From IMG/VR virus record IMGVR_UViG_3300025769_000078: DNA of 64,000 bases, one strand, 5' to 3'. The notes below the pieces were generated by a model, which was given only the letters and a program-made list of their open reading frames with translations, did not search any database and was not told the DNA's origin. The translations under genes and the position numbers were made by a program. This document shows, piece after piece, positions 36,740 through 46,632 of the stretch; the stretch's first letter is position 1; each line of letters starts with the position of its first letter. Origin of the DNA: an uncultured virus (IMG/VR IMGVR_UViG_3300025769_000078) (lineage: Duplodnaviria > Heunggongvirae > Uroviricota > Caudoviricetes).

Positions 36740-38119
36740 GTGTTGCGAACTCAACGGAGAAATGGTATCGAACTCCTCAAAGGGGTCAATGACCTCATTG
36801 TGGCAGGGTATGCTTCAGTTGAACTCGTAGACAAGCAAGGAGATTTAATTACAAGGGCTGCATTGAAAGACGCTTTCAAAAAATTCATGTCAGACCCAAA
36901 GTATCGAAACGTCCAATTAGCACATTCAAATATACAAGTAGGAGAAGTAATTTCAAATTATACAGATAATCAAGGGAGGTTGTGGAAAAGCGAAGTAGAC
37001 GATGCTGGAATGTTTGTTGTAGTAAAATTAAGAAACGACATCGAGAAGGCACGAGAAGTAGCAAGTGAAATCCGAAAAGGAAACCTAACAGGATTCAGCA
37101 TCGGAGGACAAGCATTCAAGCGAGTAAACAAAAGCGACAAATCCCACGGCTCATATCAAGAAATATCAAAACTGGAATTACACGAAATCACAATATGCGA
37201 AAAAGGAATTAACCCCGAAGCCACATTCAACATACTAAAGGAAGACAAAAACAAGGTGAACAAAATGACCGACGATGTAATGGAACAAATGAACGATGTA
37301 TTGACCCGACTTGAGGGACGACTTGACTCTATGGAGAAAGGAGAACTACCTCAAGCCTTGAAAGACGCTCAGAAGAAAAAGAAAGAAGAATCTGACGACG
37401 ACGACAAGGACATGGAAAAGAAGGGTAACTACATGGAAGACAAAGAAGACAAGAAAGATGAGAAGAAAGACGACAAGATGAAGTCTGAGTTCTCTGACGT
37501 TATTACTTCTGAATATCTCGACTGGATGGAAAACACTCTCAAATCCGCTGGAGTAGACACTGGCGCTGCTCGTGCTCACTTTGATACAGTAGCAAAAGCA
37601 AACCTCGGCTCTACCCCTGAAGCAATTGGCGATGGTGCTGATTACTTTGCTGGACAAGTCAAGGGTCGTGCTCAAGAAGGAGGCAACCCATCTACCAACG
37701 CTATCCAGCGTGCTGGACTAAGCGGTGGTGGAAGCATCGAAAAGTCTGACTTCATTACTGGTCATGACATCGACGCTCATCGAATCGAAGAGGCATACGG
37801 AATCTTCAAGGCTGCAAAGCAAGAAGAAGAGTTCCGCAAGTCCCTTGAACAAAACTTTGAAGGTCGCTACGCCCAAGAATCCGCTGCTGAAATCGCAAAG
37901 GCTCAAGCAGCAGACTTCGACGCTCGTGGGCCTCTTGGTGAGGTCATGAAGGCTCTTGGAGCACTCAATGAGCGAATCGACACTCTTTCCAGTGGCGTTG
38001 GCGAAACAATCGCTAAGTCAGCCACCCCAACCGTTGAAGTGCCAAGCACACAAGACTTGGCAAACATGAGTTGGGACGAAGTTCACCAACTCGCTGGAGG
38101 ACTATACCGCAGTGAGTGA
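36740..38119 (+). CDS. HK97-type prohead protease fused to a scaffold region
   Basis: VAGYASVELVDKQGD, HSNIQVG, GFSIGG, LHEITICEKGINPEA; charged coiled-coil C-terminus; directly upstream of the MCP. Confidence 0.9.
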   Translation: MLRTQRRNGIELLKGVNDLIVAGYASVELVDKQGDLITRAALKDAFKKFMSDPKYRNVQLAHSNIQVGEVISNYTDNQGRLWKSEVDDAGMFVVVKLRNDIEKAREVASEIRKGNLTGFSIGGQAFKRVNKSDKSHGSYQEISKLELHEITICEKGINPEATFNILKEDKNKVNKMTDDVMEQMNDVLTRLEGRLDSMEKGELPQALKDAQKKKKEESDDDDKDMEKKGNYMEDKEDKKDEKKDDKMKSEFSDVITSEYLDWMENTLKSAGVDTGAARAHFDTVAKANLGSTPEAIGDGADYFAGQVKGRAQEGGNPSTNAIQRAGLSGGGSIEKSDFITGHDIDAHRIEEAYGIFKAAKQEEEFRKSLEQNFEGRYAQESAAEIAKAQAADFDARGPLGEVMKALGALNERIDTLSSGVGETIAKSATPTVEVPSTQDLANMSWDEVHQLAGGLYRSE

Positions 38120-38158
38120 GGACTCATACAATAACAACAAAAATAGGAGATGAACAAT

Positions 38159-39334
38159 ATGGCACGAAACTATGTAAGGACAGTAACAGATATGGAGCGA
38201 TACTACTACGGAGCAGGTAACTCAATGGGTTACACATACACTGGTAGCGAACTTCTCAAAGCCGACTCACCAATGCTAAGCACCACCGCTGGAACATACC
38301 AAGCAATCTATGGTCGCAAGGTTTGGTCACAACTCAACCAAGAATTTAACGCATTCTCGATTCTACCAAAGAAACCGTGGGAGCGAAGTGGATGGCGAGT
38401 CATCACCGACAAGCCAAACTCAGGCACAGTTCACGGCGGTATCGCTGAGAACGGCACACTACCTGAGACTGTTAAGCCAGTCTTCCAGCACGTTGCTGCA
38501 AAGCCAAAGACTATTGCTCACTCATTCGATGTAAGCGAAGTCGCTGTCTTCCTTGCTGACAAGGATGACGGACTCGGTGACATGCGCTCAGTTCTCAAAG
38601 AAGAAATGGGTAAGCACCACGCTGAGATGGTAAACAAGATGCTCTTGACTGACTGTTCTACAACAGCAGGTAACAACTTTGAGTCTCTTGACCGTATCAC
38701 TGCTGCTGAAGCAAGCAACGGTGCTGGTTCAGCAACGACTTTGAAAACCACATCAGGTGACAACCACGCTGACGACGGTGACCTTGACATCTACAGCATT
38801 GACCGCCGAACCAATTCGTGGTCAAGTGCTGAGGTAAACTGCGCTACTGATACTACTGCTGGTAACAAGCGTGTTCTTTCACTCGACCACCTCGACACCA
38901 CATTCCAACAAGTTTGGGAACGTGGTGGTAACCCGAAGGTCATCCTAACTGGATATGACACTTTGATGCGTCTACAACAACTCCTCCAAGCGCAACAGCG
39001 TTTCATGGAAGAGAAGCGTGTTACCCCTACCTACAACGGTGTAAAGGGTGTTCCGGGTATCGAAGCAGGTTTCATTGTTGCAACTTACAACGGTGTCCCA
39101 ATCATTCCTTCTAAGGACGTTGTAAAGACAGACGGACTAAGCCGTATGTATCTCTTGGACACTGACTACATGTATTTCAGCACAGCAATCCCTACTCAAT
39201 ACTTTGAGTCAGGTATCGAAACTGGTGACCCATTCGCAATCAACCGCCTCGGTCAAGAAGGACTTTACCGAACAATGGGTGAGATTTGGACAACTTTCTT
39301 TGGAGCACAAGCAAGCATTCGTGACTTGAAGTGA
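38159..39334 (+). CDS. Major capsid protein (HK97 fold)
   Basis: Position after the protease, ~390 aa, GIAENGTLPET and YNGVPIIPSKDV motifs, strong codon bias, GGAGA RBS. Confidence 0.9.
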   Translation: MARNYVRTVTDMERYYYGAGNSMGYTYTGSELLKADSPMLSTTAGTYQAIYGRKVWSQLNQEFNAFSILPKKPWERSGWRVITDKPNSGTVHGGIAENGTLPETVKPVFQHVAAKPKTIAHSFDVSEVAVFLADKDDGLGDMRSVLKEEMGKHHAEMVNKMLLTDCSTTAGNNFESLDRITAAEASNGAGSATTLKTTSGDNHADDGDLDIYSIDRRTNSWSSAEVNCATDTTAGNKRVLSLDHLDTTFQQVWERGGNPKVILTGYDTLMRLQQLLQAQQRFMEEKRVTPTYNGVKGVPGIEAGFIVATYNGVPIIPSKDVVKTDGLSRMYLLDTDYMYFSTAIPTQYFESGIETGDPFAINRLGQEGLYRTMGEIWTTFFGAQASIRDLK

Positions 39335-39369
39335 GGACACAAAACACAAAAATATGGAGATGATGAAAA

Positions 39370-39783
39370 ATGGCAGAACAATTAACAGCAACAGCAGCAG
39401 GTGGCACACTAACAGCAGCAGTTACAGGGGCATGGGAACTACGAGCAGGGTCGCACGACACGACTGATTACTTGGCTCGTGGCGGAACTTACCCCGGTAA
39501 CATTGACTCGTTTGCACCTCTAAACGGTGATGACACCACTTCAGGAGATGCAGCAAACGGTTACACACCAGCACCAAAGATGGCAATTATCACTTGTGCA
39601 AATATCGCTGATTCCAACACAGTGGAACTTGGTGGAGGCATTAGTGCAATCACAGGTGCATTCCTTACAACCTTCACAGCAAACAACGGTCAAACCGCTG
39701 GACTTTCCTTTAGCGGTAACACCGTTACCTTTGAAGCAACAGGCGCAGTGACCAGTGGACAATTACTCGTGTTTTACTCTTGA
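39370..39783 (+). CDS. Putative minor capsid/decoration protein
   Basis: Thr/Ala/Gly-rich, directly after the MCP. Confidence 0.6.
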   Translation: MAEQLTATAAGGTLTAAVTGAWELRAGSHDTTDYLARGGTYPGNIDSFAPLNGDDTTSGDAANGYTPAPKMAIITCANIADSNTVELGGGISAITGAFLTTFTANNGQTAGLSFSGNTVTFEATGAVTSGQLLVFYS

Positions 39784-39794
39784 GGTGAGGTAAC

Positions 39795-40169
39795 TTGCCT
39801 ACGGTAACCTACATGGGTCGTTCTTGGTCTACAAGGAACATTGACGGCAACTATCCTGATTTCAAAAAGGGCGTTCCCCTTGAAGTCACGACAGCATGGC
39901 TTGACAAGTGGGGTCATCGTCTTAGCGATGATTTCATTATCGAAGGCTATGAATCAGTTGATGAAGGAAACGACGACATCCCTGATGCTGGTTGGAAGCG
40001 TGGCGACATCGTAGAATGGCTCGCTAAGTATGACATCAAGCCAAAGGGCTATGCAACAAAAACTACTCTACTTGAACTCGTTGAGACTGTTATGAGTCCT
40101 GATGGTGTTCAAGAGACAGAGGCACTGATTGAAGAGAGTGCCGAAGAAGAAACAACAGGAGATGAATAA
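39795..40169 (+). CDS. Hypothetical virion-module protein with an HeH/LEM-like motif
   Basis: PDAGWKRGDIVEWLAKYDIKPKGYATKTTLLELV; GAGGTGAGG RBS. Confidence 0.65.
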   Translation: MPTVTYMGRSWSTRNIDGNYPDFKKGVPLEVTTAWLDKWGHRLSDDFIIEGYESVDEGNDDIPDAGWKRGDIVEWLAKYDIKPKGYATKTTLLELVETVMSPDGVQETEALIEESAEEETTGDE

Positions 40170-40171
40170 AT

Positions 40172-40492
40172 ATGGCAGTAACTATTGACCCACGACCAAC
40201 CTACTTTGGTGACCGAATAATTGTAACAGGCAGTTACACAGCAGCAGCAGCAGTATCAATTAACCTTTCAAGCCTCATGGCTACTATTGATGCTGTTATT
40301 GTAAACCCCGCAACTGTTTCACTTACCAATGTCTCGATTACTGACGACGGCGATAACAACGATACACTCGTAGGTGTATCTTTGGGAGATGTAGCAACTT
40401 TTTCAGATACTACAATCACCATCAATAAAGCAAGTGGAGCAGCAGGTAACACTGCTGCTGGAACATTCTTGGCAATTGGTCGTCGCTCTTGA
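40172..40492 (+). CDS. Putative structural protein (beta-rich)
   Basis: Thr/Ala-rich 106 aa; GGAGA RBS. Confidence 0.65.
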   Translation: MAVTIDPRPTYFGDRIIVTGSYTAAAAVSINLSSLMATIDAVIVNPATVSLTNVSITDDGDNNDTLVGVSLGDVATFSDTTITINKASGAAGNTAAGTFLAIGRRS

Positions 40493-40503
40493 GGTGACGG
40501 CAA

Positions 40504-40677
40504 ATGGCGAAAACAGTATCAATTCTTGGGCCTTTTCCGCCAAAGGATTTGCAAGATGATACACAAAAGACTGCAATAGAGACAGCAATTAGCGATGCTA
40601 TTGCTTCTAACACCTGTGTATCATGTGACCCTCATCTTGTTCTTGGTAACATTTACATATTTGTCACTACCAGTTGA
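40504..40677 (+). CDS. 57-aa hypothetical protein
   Basis: Translated by hand (MAKTVSILGPFPPKDLQDD...IYIFVTTS); GAGGTGA RBS; below the track cutoff. Confidence 0.65.
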   Translation: MAKTVSILGPFPPKDLQDDTQKTAIETAISDAIASNTCVSCDPHLVLGNIYIFVTTS

Positions 40678-40692
40678 GCGTGAGGAGTATGT

Positions 40693-40992
40693 ATGTCGTT
40701 GAAGGAACAAGAGATTGACCTTTCAGACATCGAGCGTTTACAGAAGCAAGGCATTCGTTCTGACGCTCAGACACTTCTTGGTAAGGTCATTGACGAAGAA
40801 AACCCACTGAGGGGCATTACTTCGCAACAACGTAAGCGTAACCTTGAGGCCAGCGACGTTCTCAACATTGGTTCAGGCACTCGATGCCAACACTGTGGTA
40901 TGCTTCACTTCCTATGGCGAGAAACATGTGGTGCTTGTAACAAGCCTATGGAATACAATCTTGCTTCCATTGATGAGGAGGCAAGAGCATGA
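40693..40992 (+). CDS. Zn-ribbon protein
   Basis: CQHCG..CGACN; GAGGAG RBS. Confidence 0.7.
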   Translation: MSLKEQEIDLSDIERLQKQGIRSDAQTLLGKVIDEENPLRGITSQQRKRNLEASDVLNIGSGTRCQHCGMLHFLWRETCGACNKPMEYNLASIDEEARA

Positions 40993-41092
40993 CCCGTTGT
41001 AAACTCCTTGATGAATGGTTTGATGCTAAGTCGAAAGAAGTCGATGACGCTGAAGAGAAAACCAAGAAGTGCTTTGTAACGGGGGATAAAAA

Positions 41093-42658
41093 ATGCCAAT
41101 AGTATTTAATCCCGGTGAGGCTGAAACACGACCACTTGACCCTTCGGCTATTGTCTATACTACTGCACAGAAGGTCGCTGATTTTCTTTCAATAGGCCCA
41201 CAGGAAGCCGTTTTAGTCAGCGCTGACAGCACTACTACTGCCGTTTTTGTTACTGGTGCTGACTACAGAACCATTGGCTTTGAGAAGGGCGATACCATTC
41301 TTATCTACTCAGATGCTGACCCACTTGGTATTGAGAGAGTCATTACAACAATAGACACAAGCGCAAGTGGTGTTCAACTCAACTTCTCCGACACAATCAC
41401 TGCCTCTGATTATCAAGCGGCTGACAACACCTATGTTCAAAACACAGCATCGTTTACCAACGGTAAAACTCGTGGTATGAAGAAGTCAGTTGTAGAGGCT
41501 CGTATCAAAGAAGCACAGGACAAGATTGACAACCTTACACACAACGCTTGGCGACCCTATCTCGTAAGTGCTGAATACATTAACTTTGACACATACAAGC
41601 CATACCGACGACGATACTATACAGATTATGTTGGGACTGCACCACTCTTGTTTAGAAACGTCCAACAAATTCTTCGTCTTGAACTATGGCAGGGTGACGA
41701 TTATCGAGAGATATGCAGCGCTGAGGCTCGTATTCACATCCCTGATGACGTAAGAGCGCTATCAGGTGCTATTGTAGTATCATCAGGTAATGGCTCTGCT
41801 GCTGAACTGGAGATTGGAACAAGTAGCACTCAATGGCGTGCTGACTTTGACCCTGCTACCAGCGCACAAAACCTTGCTGACCTCATCAACAAAGAAGACA
41901 GAGTAAGCAAAACAGCGGTTGAATTTGCACCAGCATATCAACTGGAGGGTTCTTCAAGCAACATCAATGTCGATAACGAGTTCCTTGCTACAGCAAACGC
42001 TGATTATGGAACTGGTATTGTCAAAGTTACCAGTATGCGTGCTGGTAAAGGTGGTGAGACATGCTCTATTGTTACCACTGATAGCAGTATTGAATTAAAA
42101 CAAGTTTCAACACACACAACCACGTTTACAAGTTGGTTTTCGACAACGGTAACAGTAGCATCTACAGATGGGTTTACTCACGCAGGTGTAGTTACTGACG
42201 GGACTATAGTATTTCGTTACGGAGGAAAGACAGACACTACGTTTACTCATGTGCATAACGTCGTAGGAAACTTTCATGACATAACAGGTGGTGCTACTCT
42301 GACGCAACACACCTTTAGCATTGATTTGCAAGGCGGTTCAAGCAGTGGAGACAATGCTCGTCTCAGAGACTGGTGGGCTGACTACGAGATGGGTATTATC
42401 TACTTCAACAACTCCTATCCTTTCTTTGAATGGAATGCTATCAAGTGTTCTTACATCTATGGTGAACGATATTTGGAGAAAGCCATTGAAGAGGCTGCTA
42501 CAAAGATGGTAGCCATTGACGTTCTGATGTCAGATGACCGAAGTGTCTTGATTCCTGAAGGCACTCAGAACGTCGATTTGACTGCAAAGATTCAGTTGCT
42601 ACGGGCTGAAGTAGACAGTATCTTGGCACGTTACGTTGAGATTATCGTATTTGAGTGA
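41093..42658 (+). CDS. Putative head-tail adaptor/neck protein with beta-rich insertions
   Basis: YTTAQKVADFL, IKEAQDKIDNLTHNAW and YIYG..AIEEAATKMVA resemble adaptor motifs; position between capsid and tail genes. Confidence 0.65.
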   Translation: MPIVFNPGEAETRPLDPSAIVYTTAQKVADFLSIGPQEAVLVSADSTTTAVFVTGADYRTIGFEKGDTILIYSDADPLGIERVITTIDTSASGVQLNFSDTITASDYQAADNTYVQNTASFTNGKTRGMKKSVVEARIKEAQDKIDNLTHNAWRPYLVSAEYINFDTYKPYRRRYYTDYVGTAPLLFRNVQQILRLELWQGDDYREICSAEARIHIPDDVRALSGAIVVSSGNGSAAELEIGTSSTQWRADFDPATSAQNLADLINKEDRVSKTAVEFAPAYQLEGSSSNINVDNEFLATANADYGTGIVKVTSMRAGKGGETCSIVTTDSSIELKQVSTHTTTFTSWFSTTVTVASTDGFTHAGVVTDGTIVFRYGGKTDTTFTHVHNVVGNFHDITGGATLTQHTFSIDLQGGSSSGDNARLRDWWADYEMGIIYFNNSYPFFEWNAIKCSYIYGERYLEKAIEEAATKMVAIDVLMSDDRSVLIPEGTQNVDLTAKIQLLRAEVDSILARYVEIIVFE

Positions 42659-42662
42659 TAAC

Positions 42663-43001
42663 ATGTCGAGGGAGCAAAAAGAGTTTTTGGATTTGCTAAC
42701 GGAGGAGATGTCCGATGCAAAGTATCAGGAAGAGTTGCGTGCTCTCATCACTCAACGACCTCAAGTATACAGAGAGAAGGTAGAGGCTCAAGAATTAGGC
42801 ATGAGCAGTATCAGAAAAACCGATGAAGGCTACAAGAAAGGTAGCCAGCCAGCGCCTCAAAACGAGGTTGATGCTGCTTTAGAAAGGGCTGACAAGCGTA
42901 TGCTTCGTGAGTCACCGATGTTGATTGAGCGAAAGTTGGTATTCAAAAGCGGTATGTTGTTGCCTAACAAAGCAGCATACATGAAGGAAAAGGCGGAGTG
43001 A
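42663..43001 (+). CDS. Hypothetical neck-region protein
   Basis: ATG 42663 directly after the upstream stop (track start 42636). Confidence 0.65.
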   Translation: MSREQKEFLDLLTEEMSDAKYQEELRALITQRPQVYREKVEAQELGMSSIRKTDEGYKKGSQPAPQNEVDAALERADKRMLRESPMLIERKLVFKSGMLLPNKAAYMKEKAE

Positions 43002-43005
43002 TAAC

Positions 43006-43452
43006 ATGGTTGCGACGTTTACTGAATCTCTTGATATGGTCATCAATACACTGAATGACTGGAATCGTGCTAACACTGGTAACATCAAGCCAATCATAGC
43101 CGATATTGCTACGCTCGGTGCTGAGCGTGGTAAGAGGATTGACCTGTCACGTCACGATTATATTCTGTGCTACGAAACCGCACACAACGAAGAAGCACCT
43201 GAACTGCTCTATGATTTTGTCACCACTCGTCTCAACATTACTGTTGATGCTCGCACAGCAAAGGGGCGTAAGCATCTACAATTGATGGAAAACGAGATAC
43301 GAAGATTGATTCACGCAGTAAGAAAAGGGGACGGTGTAAACTTTGACCGCATGGTTTACAAGACCCGAACCGACTTATCTGATAGGTCGAAAGTCTTATT
43401 CCGAATGACCTTTCAGATAGAAGTAGTTATCTTTGCGGAGTTAGTGCCTTGA
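43006..43452 (+). CDS. Putative tail terminator/completion protein
   Basis: 148 aa immediately upstream of the tail tube; beta-rich C-terminus FRMTFQIEVV. Confidence 0.55.
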   Translation: MVATFTESLDMVINTLNDWNRANTGNIKPIIADIATLGAERGKRIDLSRHDYILCYETAHNEEAPELLYDFVTTRLNITVDARTAKGRKHLQLMENEIRRLIHAVRKGDGVNFDRMVYKTRTDLSDRSKVLFRMTFQIEVVIFAELVP

Positions 43453-43463
43453 GTTGAGCCGCC

Positions 43464-45473
43464 ATGCCATCGACAGTATACAAAGGAGATTTAACCGAAG
43501 TTTCATTCGGTCACGAGACAGCGTTGGAATTAAAACATAACTTTGCTGGGTCATTTTTATTCAAGCATGTGTCTACAGATAGCAACGCAAACACCAGTGT
43601 CATTGGGTTTGAAGGCGGTGCTTCGACGTTGCCTTGTCAAGCGGGACTTTTGCGATACCCAGTCGGTATGCTTGTTGGGTGCAAGATTTCAATTGTCGGT
43701 ATTACAAACTTTACAGCCGATGATTCTCATAATACTGGTCGCACTTACACTATTTTGGAGCACAAAAACCACAGTTCCAACGGAACTCAACTAACTGTTA
43801 CCCCTGCTTTGAAAACAGGAATCGTTAGTTCAAGCACAAACGATGTGCTCATCATCAACTCTTTTGGCGCACCAACTTTTGATGCAAACATGACTGGATG
43901 GGACATCACAGCGGCCTCCAGCAGTGAGCGTGTGCTTACTGACCAGTTCCTCGGCCTTGCTGCCGCTGTAACGCTACCTGAAACAAAGGTAGACCTCAAG
44001 CGATACCACATTGTTGGTCTTGGTCGTGACACGGCCATACAAGTGCCGGGTCGTTTCTTGAATGAAGGCGGGTCATTTGAAGTCAATCTACACAATCCAC
44101 GATGGTTGTATTACTGCTTGGGTATGGAGTCTGTGTCATTCAGAGCGAATGGTGCTGCTGACACTCTGTACGATGCACTTATGTCCAATACTCGCACACT
44201 GGGCGCTGCTGTTGAAAAGGGTCAATCGCTCATTACGGTAAGCGGAGCACTTGAGTTTACCAGTGCCGCAAATGGTGGCGCTGGTGCTTCGTCTGCCGCT
44301 GCTGGTGATTACATTCTTATCATTGACACAAATGTAGAGGACATTGTAACGCATCGTGAAGGCACGACTGCAACTGGTAGTGCTTTCGGAGCAGCGAACA
44401 TCGAGGGTGATGATTTCTTTGACACCACTCAAAAGAATGAGATTCGTAGAATTGCCGCTATCACTGGTAACAGTATTTTCCTTGATGACGGTCTTGGTTA
44501 CTCTCACGCCGCAACCGCCGAAGTGCGTATTATTCGCTTTGACGGAGATGGCGGAGGAGCAACCAACACAGGCAGTCCTCATCGTGCATCAACAGGCGCT
44601 CTTACCTATCCTATCAGTCGATTGCTTTACTCTCGTGACTCTTTACCATCGTTTGCTATGGAAGTCAGCATTCGTCGTCGTGATGTCGAAGGCGCTGACG
44701 CTGACGTTACAGATGGCGGAGCAACAGACCCTAAACAACTCACTCGTGTGTTCAAGGGATGCAAGGTCAAGGATTTCTCTATGACTGCTGATACTGACGC
44801 TGCTCTACGATTGAGCGTAAACTTTGATTCAGCCCACTGCTACACAGATACTGGTCGTCTTGAAACCAGTGCTGTAGCCAATTATTCAAGTGGAACAAAA
44901 GGTGACCGATACAAGACGCATCGTATGTTTGAAGAAACAGCAAGCACGCCTGTTCTACGAAAAGAGGCTGGTATCGAAGTAGGCACACAGAAGCCTTTCA
45001 TGTTCTACAATGGAACAGTTGTTATTGCTGGAGTAAACATCGGTCAAGTCGTTTCGTTTACCGTCACTGGTAACACTGGTGTGCAGCAATTCTACACCAT
45101 CAACGGTGCTGCTACAAGCGACAGTGCTACTGACCAAGTTCCGTTTGGTGGCTCTCGTAACGCTTCTCTTGCTGTAGAGGGTAAGACCGAGTATAGCATG
45201 GACTGTGAAATCATCGTTGATGACCCTGTGATGTATCACAAGGTTCGACGTGCTGTAGACCACCCATCTCAAGATGGTAACCTTATTCGTTTGTCATTCA
45301 CAAAGCCCGGTTCAGCCACGCCTCGTGAGCAACTTGACATCATATTGGATGACTTCTACATTACAGAAGCACCACTCCCAGTTCCTGAAGACAAGGGCGT
45401 TATCAAATCAGCCCTGAAGATTCAACCAAAGGCTTTGCGTGTCGTCTCACGAGACACCATGCTACATTCTTGA
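43464..45473 (+). CDS. Major tail tube protein with inserted domains
   Basis: EVSFGHE N-terminus, LPSFAMEV, FKGCKVKDFSM, VVSFTVTGN; followed by chaperones and the tape measure. Confidence 0.7.
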   Translation: MPSTVYKGDLTEVSFGHETALELKHNFAGSFLFKHVSTDSNANTSVIGFEGGASTLPCQAGLLRYPVGMLVGCKISIVGITNFTADDSHNTGRTYTILEHKNHSSNGTQLTVTPALKTGIVSSSTNDVLIINSFGAPTFDANMTGWDITAASSSERVLTDQFLGLAAAVTLPETKVDLKRYHIVGLGRDTAIQVPGRFLNEGGSFEVNLHNPRWLYYCLGMESVSFRANGAADTLYDALMSNTRTLGAAVEKGQSLITVSGALEFTSAANGGAGASSAAAGDYILIIDTNVEDIVTHREGTTATGSAFGAANIEGDDFFDTTQKNEIRRIAAITGNSIFLDDGLGYSHAATAEVRIIRFDGDGGGATNTGSPHRASTGALTYPISRLLYSRDSLPSFAMEVSIRRRDVEGADADVTDGGATDPKQLTRVFKGCKVKDFSMTADTDAALRLSVNFDSAHCYTDTGRLETSAVANYSSGTKGDRYKTHRMFEETASTPVLRKEAGIEVGTQKPFMFYNGTVVIAGVNIGQVVSFTVTGNTGVQQFYTINGAATSDSATDQVPFGGSRNASLAVEGKTEYSMDCEIIVDDPVMYHKVRRAVDHPSQDGNLIRLSFTKPGSATPREQLDIILDDFYITEAPLPVPEDKGVIKSALKIQPKALRVVSRDTMLHS

Positions 45474-45483
45474 GGTGACTATC

Positions 45484-46029
45484 ATGCCAACACCATCAGA
45501 AAGAGCACACAAATACGGAAAACTATCTCACGCTGAATATGCCAGTTGGTATGGTCAGCAGATAGGAGTAGTTTCAGGTGACTTAGTTGCTGCTGGTAAA
45601 AAGCGCACACTGGGGCTTATCGAAGATGCTGTTACCGCACTTTTACCTACAGTGGTCGAGGAAGAGGTCGCTGATGAGGTAACAGAAACAGTATATGAAG
45701 CAACATCAGATTTGGCTGCTCCTGAAGACATTGGTGACAGCGAAGATTTTCCAACAGAACTGACGTATGACGCTATGACCGTCAAAGAACTTCAGGCACT
45801 ATGCAAAGACCGTGGGCTACCTGTCTACGGCACAAAGGCTGAAATCGCTCTACGCTTGAAGCGTGACGATGAAGGCATATCCGAGTCCACGACTGAGACT
45901 GAAGCCCCCGAAGAATCGGCTGCTGATGTAGAGTCGGACACCCCCGCTGAAGAAGCGGCTGTGACCAATGGTGAGACAAATGACCAAAACAATAGTAGCG
46001 AACAAGAACCTCTTGATGAGACGGCATGA
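45484..46029 (+). CDS. Acidic protein with a SAP DNA-binding motif
   Basis: YDAMTVKELQALCKDRGLPVYGTKAEIALRL; GAGGTGA RBS before ATG 45484. Confidence 0.8.
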   Translation: MPTPSERAHKYGKLSHAEYASWYGQQIGVVSGDLVAAGKKRTLGLIEDAVTALLPTVVEEEVADEVTETVYEATSDLAAPEDIGDSEDFPTELTYDAMTVKELQALCKDRGLPVYGTKAEIALRLKRDDEGISESTTETEAPEESAADVESDTPAEEAAVTNGETNDQNNSSEQEPLDETA

Positions 46030-46357
46030 TGAACAGAAGCACGAGATTAGCGTAGACCCCGATGACCCCAACGTCATCATGGAGGTTTGGGTGCGTGATG
46101 TCTCTTTCTTTGATATTCAGAAAGCCGCACAAGAGATGTTTAACATCGGTAAAGACGGTCAGATGTCTCTCAATCTTGAAGGGTATTACAAGTATGCTTT
46201 TACAAACTGGGTCGTGCGAACCAATCCAGTTATGTCAAGCGATGACTTGATGAAACTCAAAGGCCACATTGGTGAACAAATCTCGGCACTTCTACCGAGT
46301 CCTAACGAACTTGGTGAGATGATGTCAGGGGGGTTTACGAAAGGCGGGAACGTGTGA
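45980..46357 (+). CDS. Tail assembly chaperone (gpG-like)
   Basis: Lies between tail tube and tape measure; ends in a G6-T3 run. Confidence 0.6.
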   Translation: MTKTIVANKNLLMRRHDEQKHEISVDPDDPNVIMEVWVRDVSFFDIQKAAQEMFNIGKDGQMSLNLEGYYKYAFTNWVVRTNPVMSSDDLMKLKGHIGEQISALLPSPNELGEMMSGGFTKGGNV

Positions 46358-46632
46358 TTGAAGATTTTCTTCGTCGCAACACAATAACAACCCCTGCCGA
46401 TTTAGAACTCTCACTTGAAATGCAAGCCTATATTGTAGCAAAACATTATTCAGTTTCGATTAAAGAGGTGCAAGAGATGACTCCACAGCAATTCTATCAG
46501 TCCTTTACATGGGCGATGGTTGCTCGTAGAGAAGAAGAAAAAACCAACAAGCGAAACAATCAATCTGCAAAGAGTGGTGGTCGAGAAACAGTATCTCTTG
46601 ACTACGACTTCCTCAATAGGGAGGACTTCTGA
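46354..46632 (+). CDS. Tail assembly chaperone C-terminal part (gpT-like), in the -1 frame
   Basis: IVAKHYSVSIKEVQEMTPQQF resembles gpT-type motifs; -1 frame is open from 46318. Confidence 0.6.
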   Translation: MIEDFLRRNTITTPADLELSLEMQAYIVAKHYSVSIKEVQEMTPQQFYQSFTWAMVARREEEKTNKRNNQSAKSGGRETVSLDYDFLNREDF

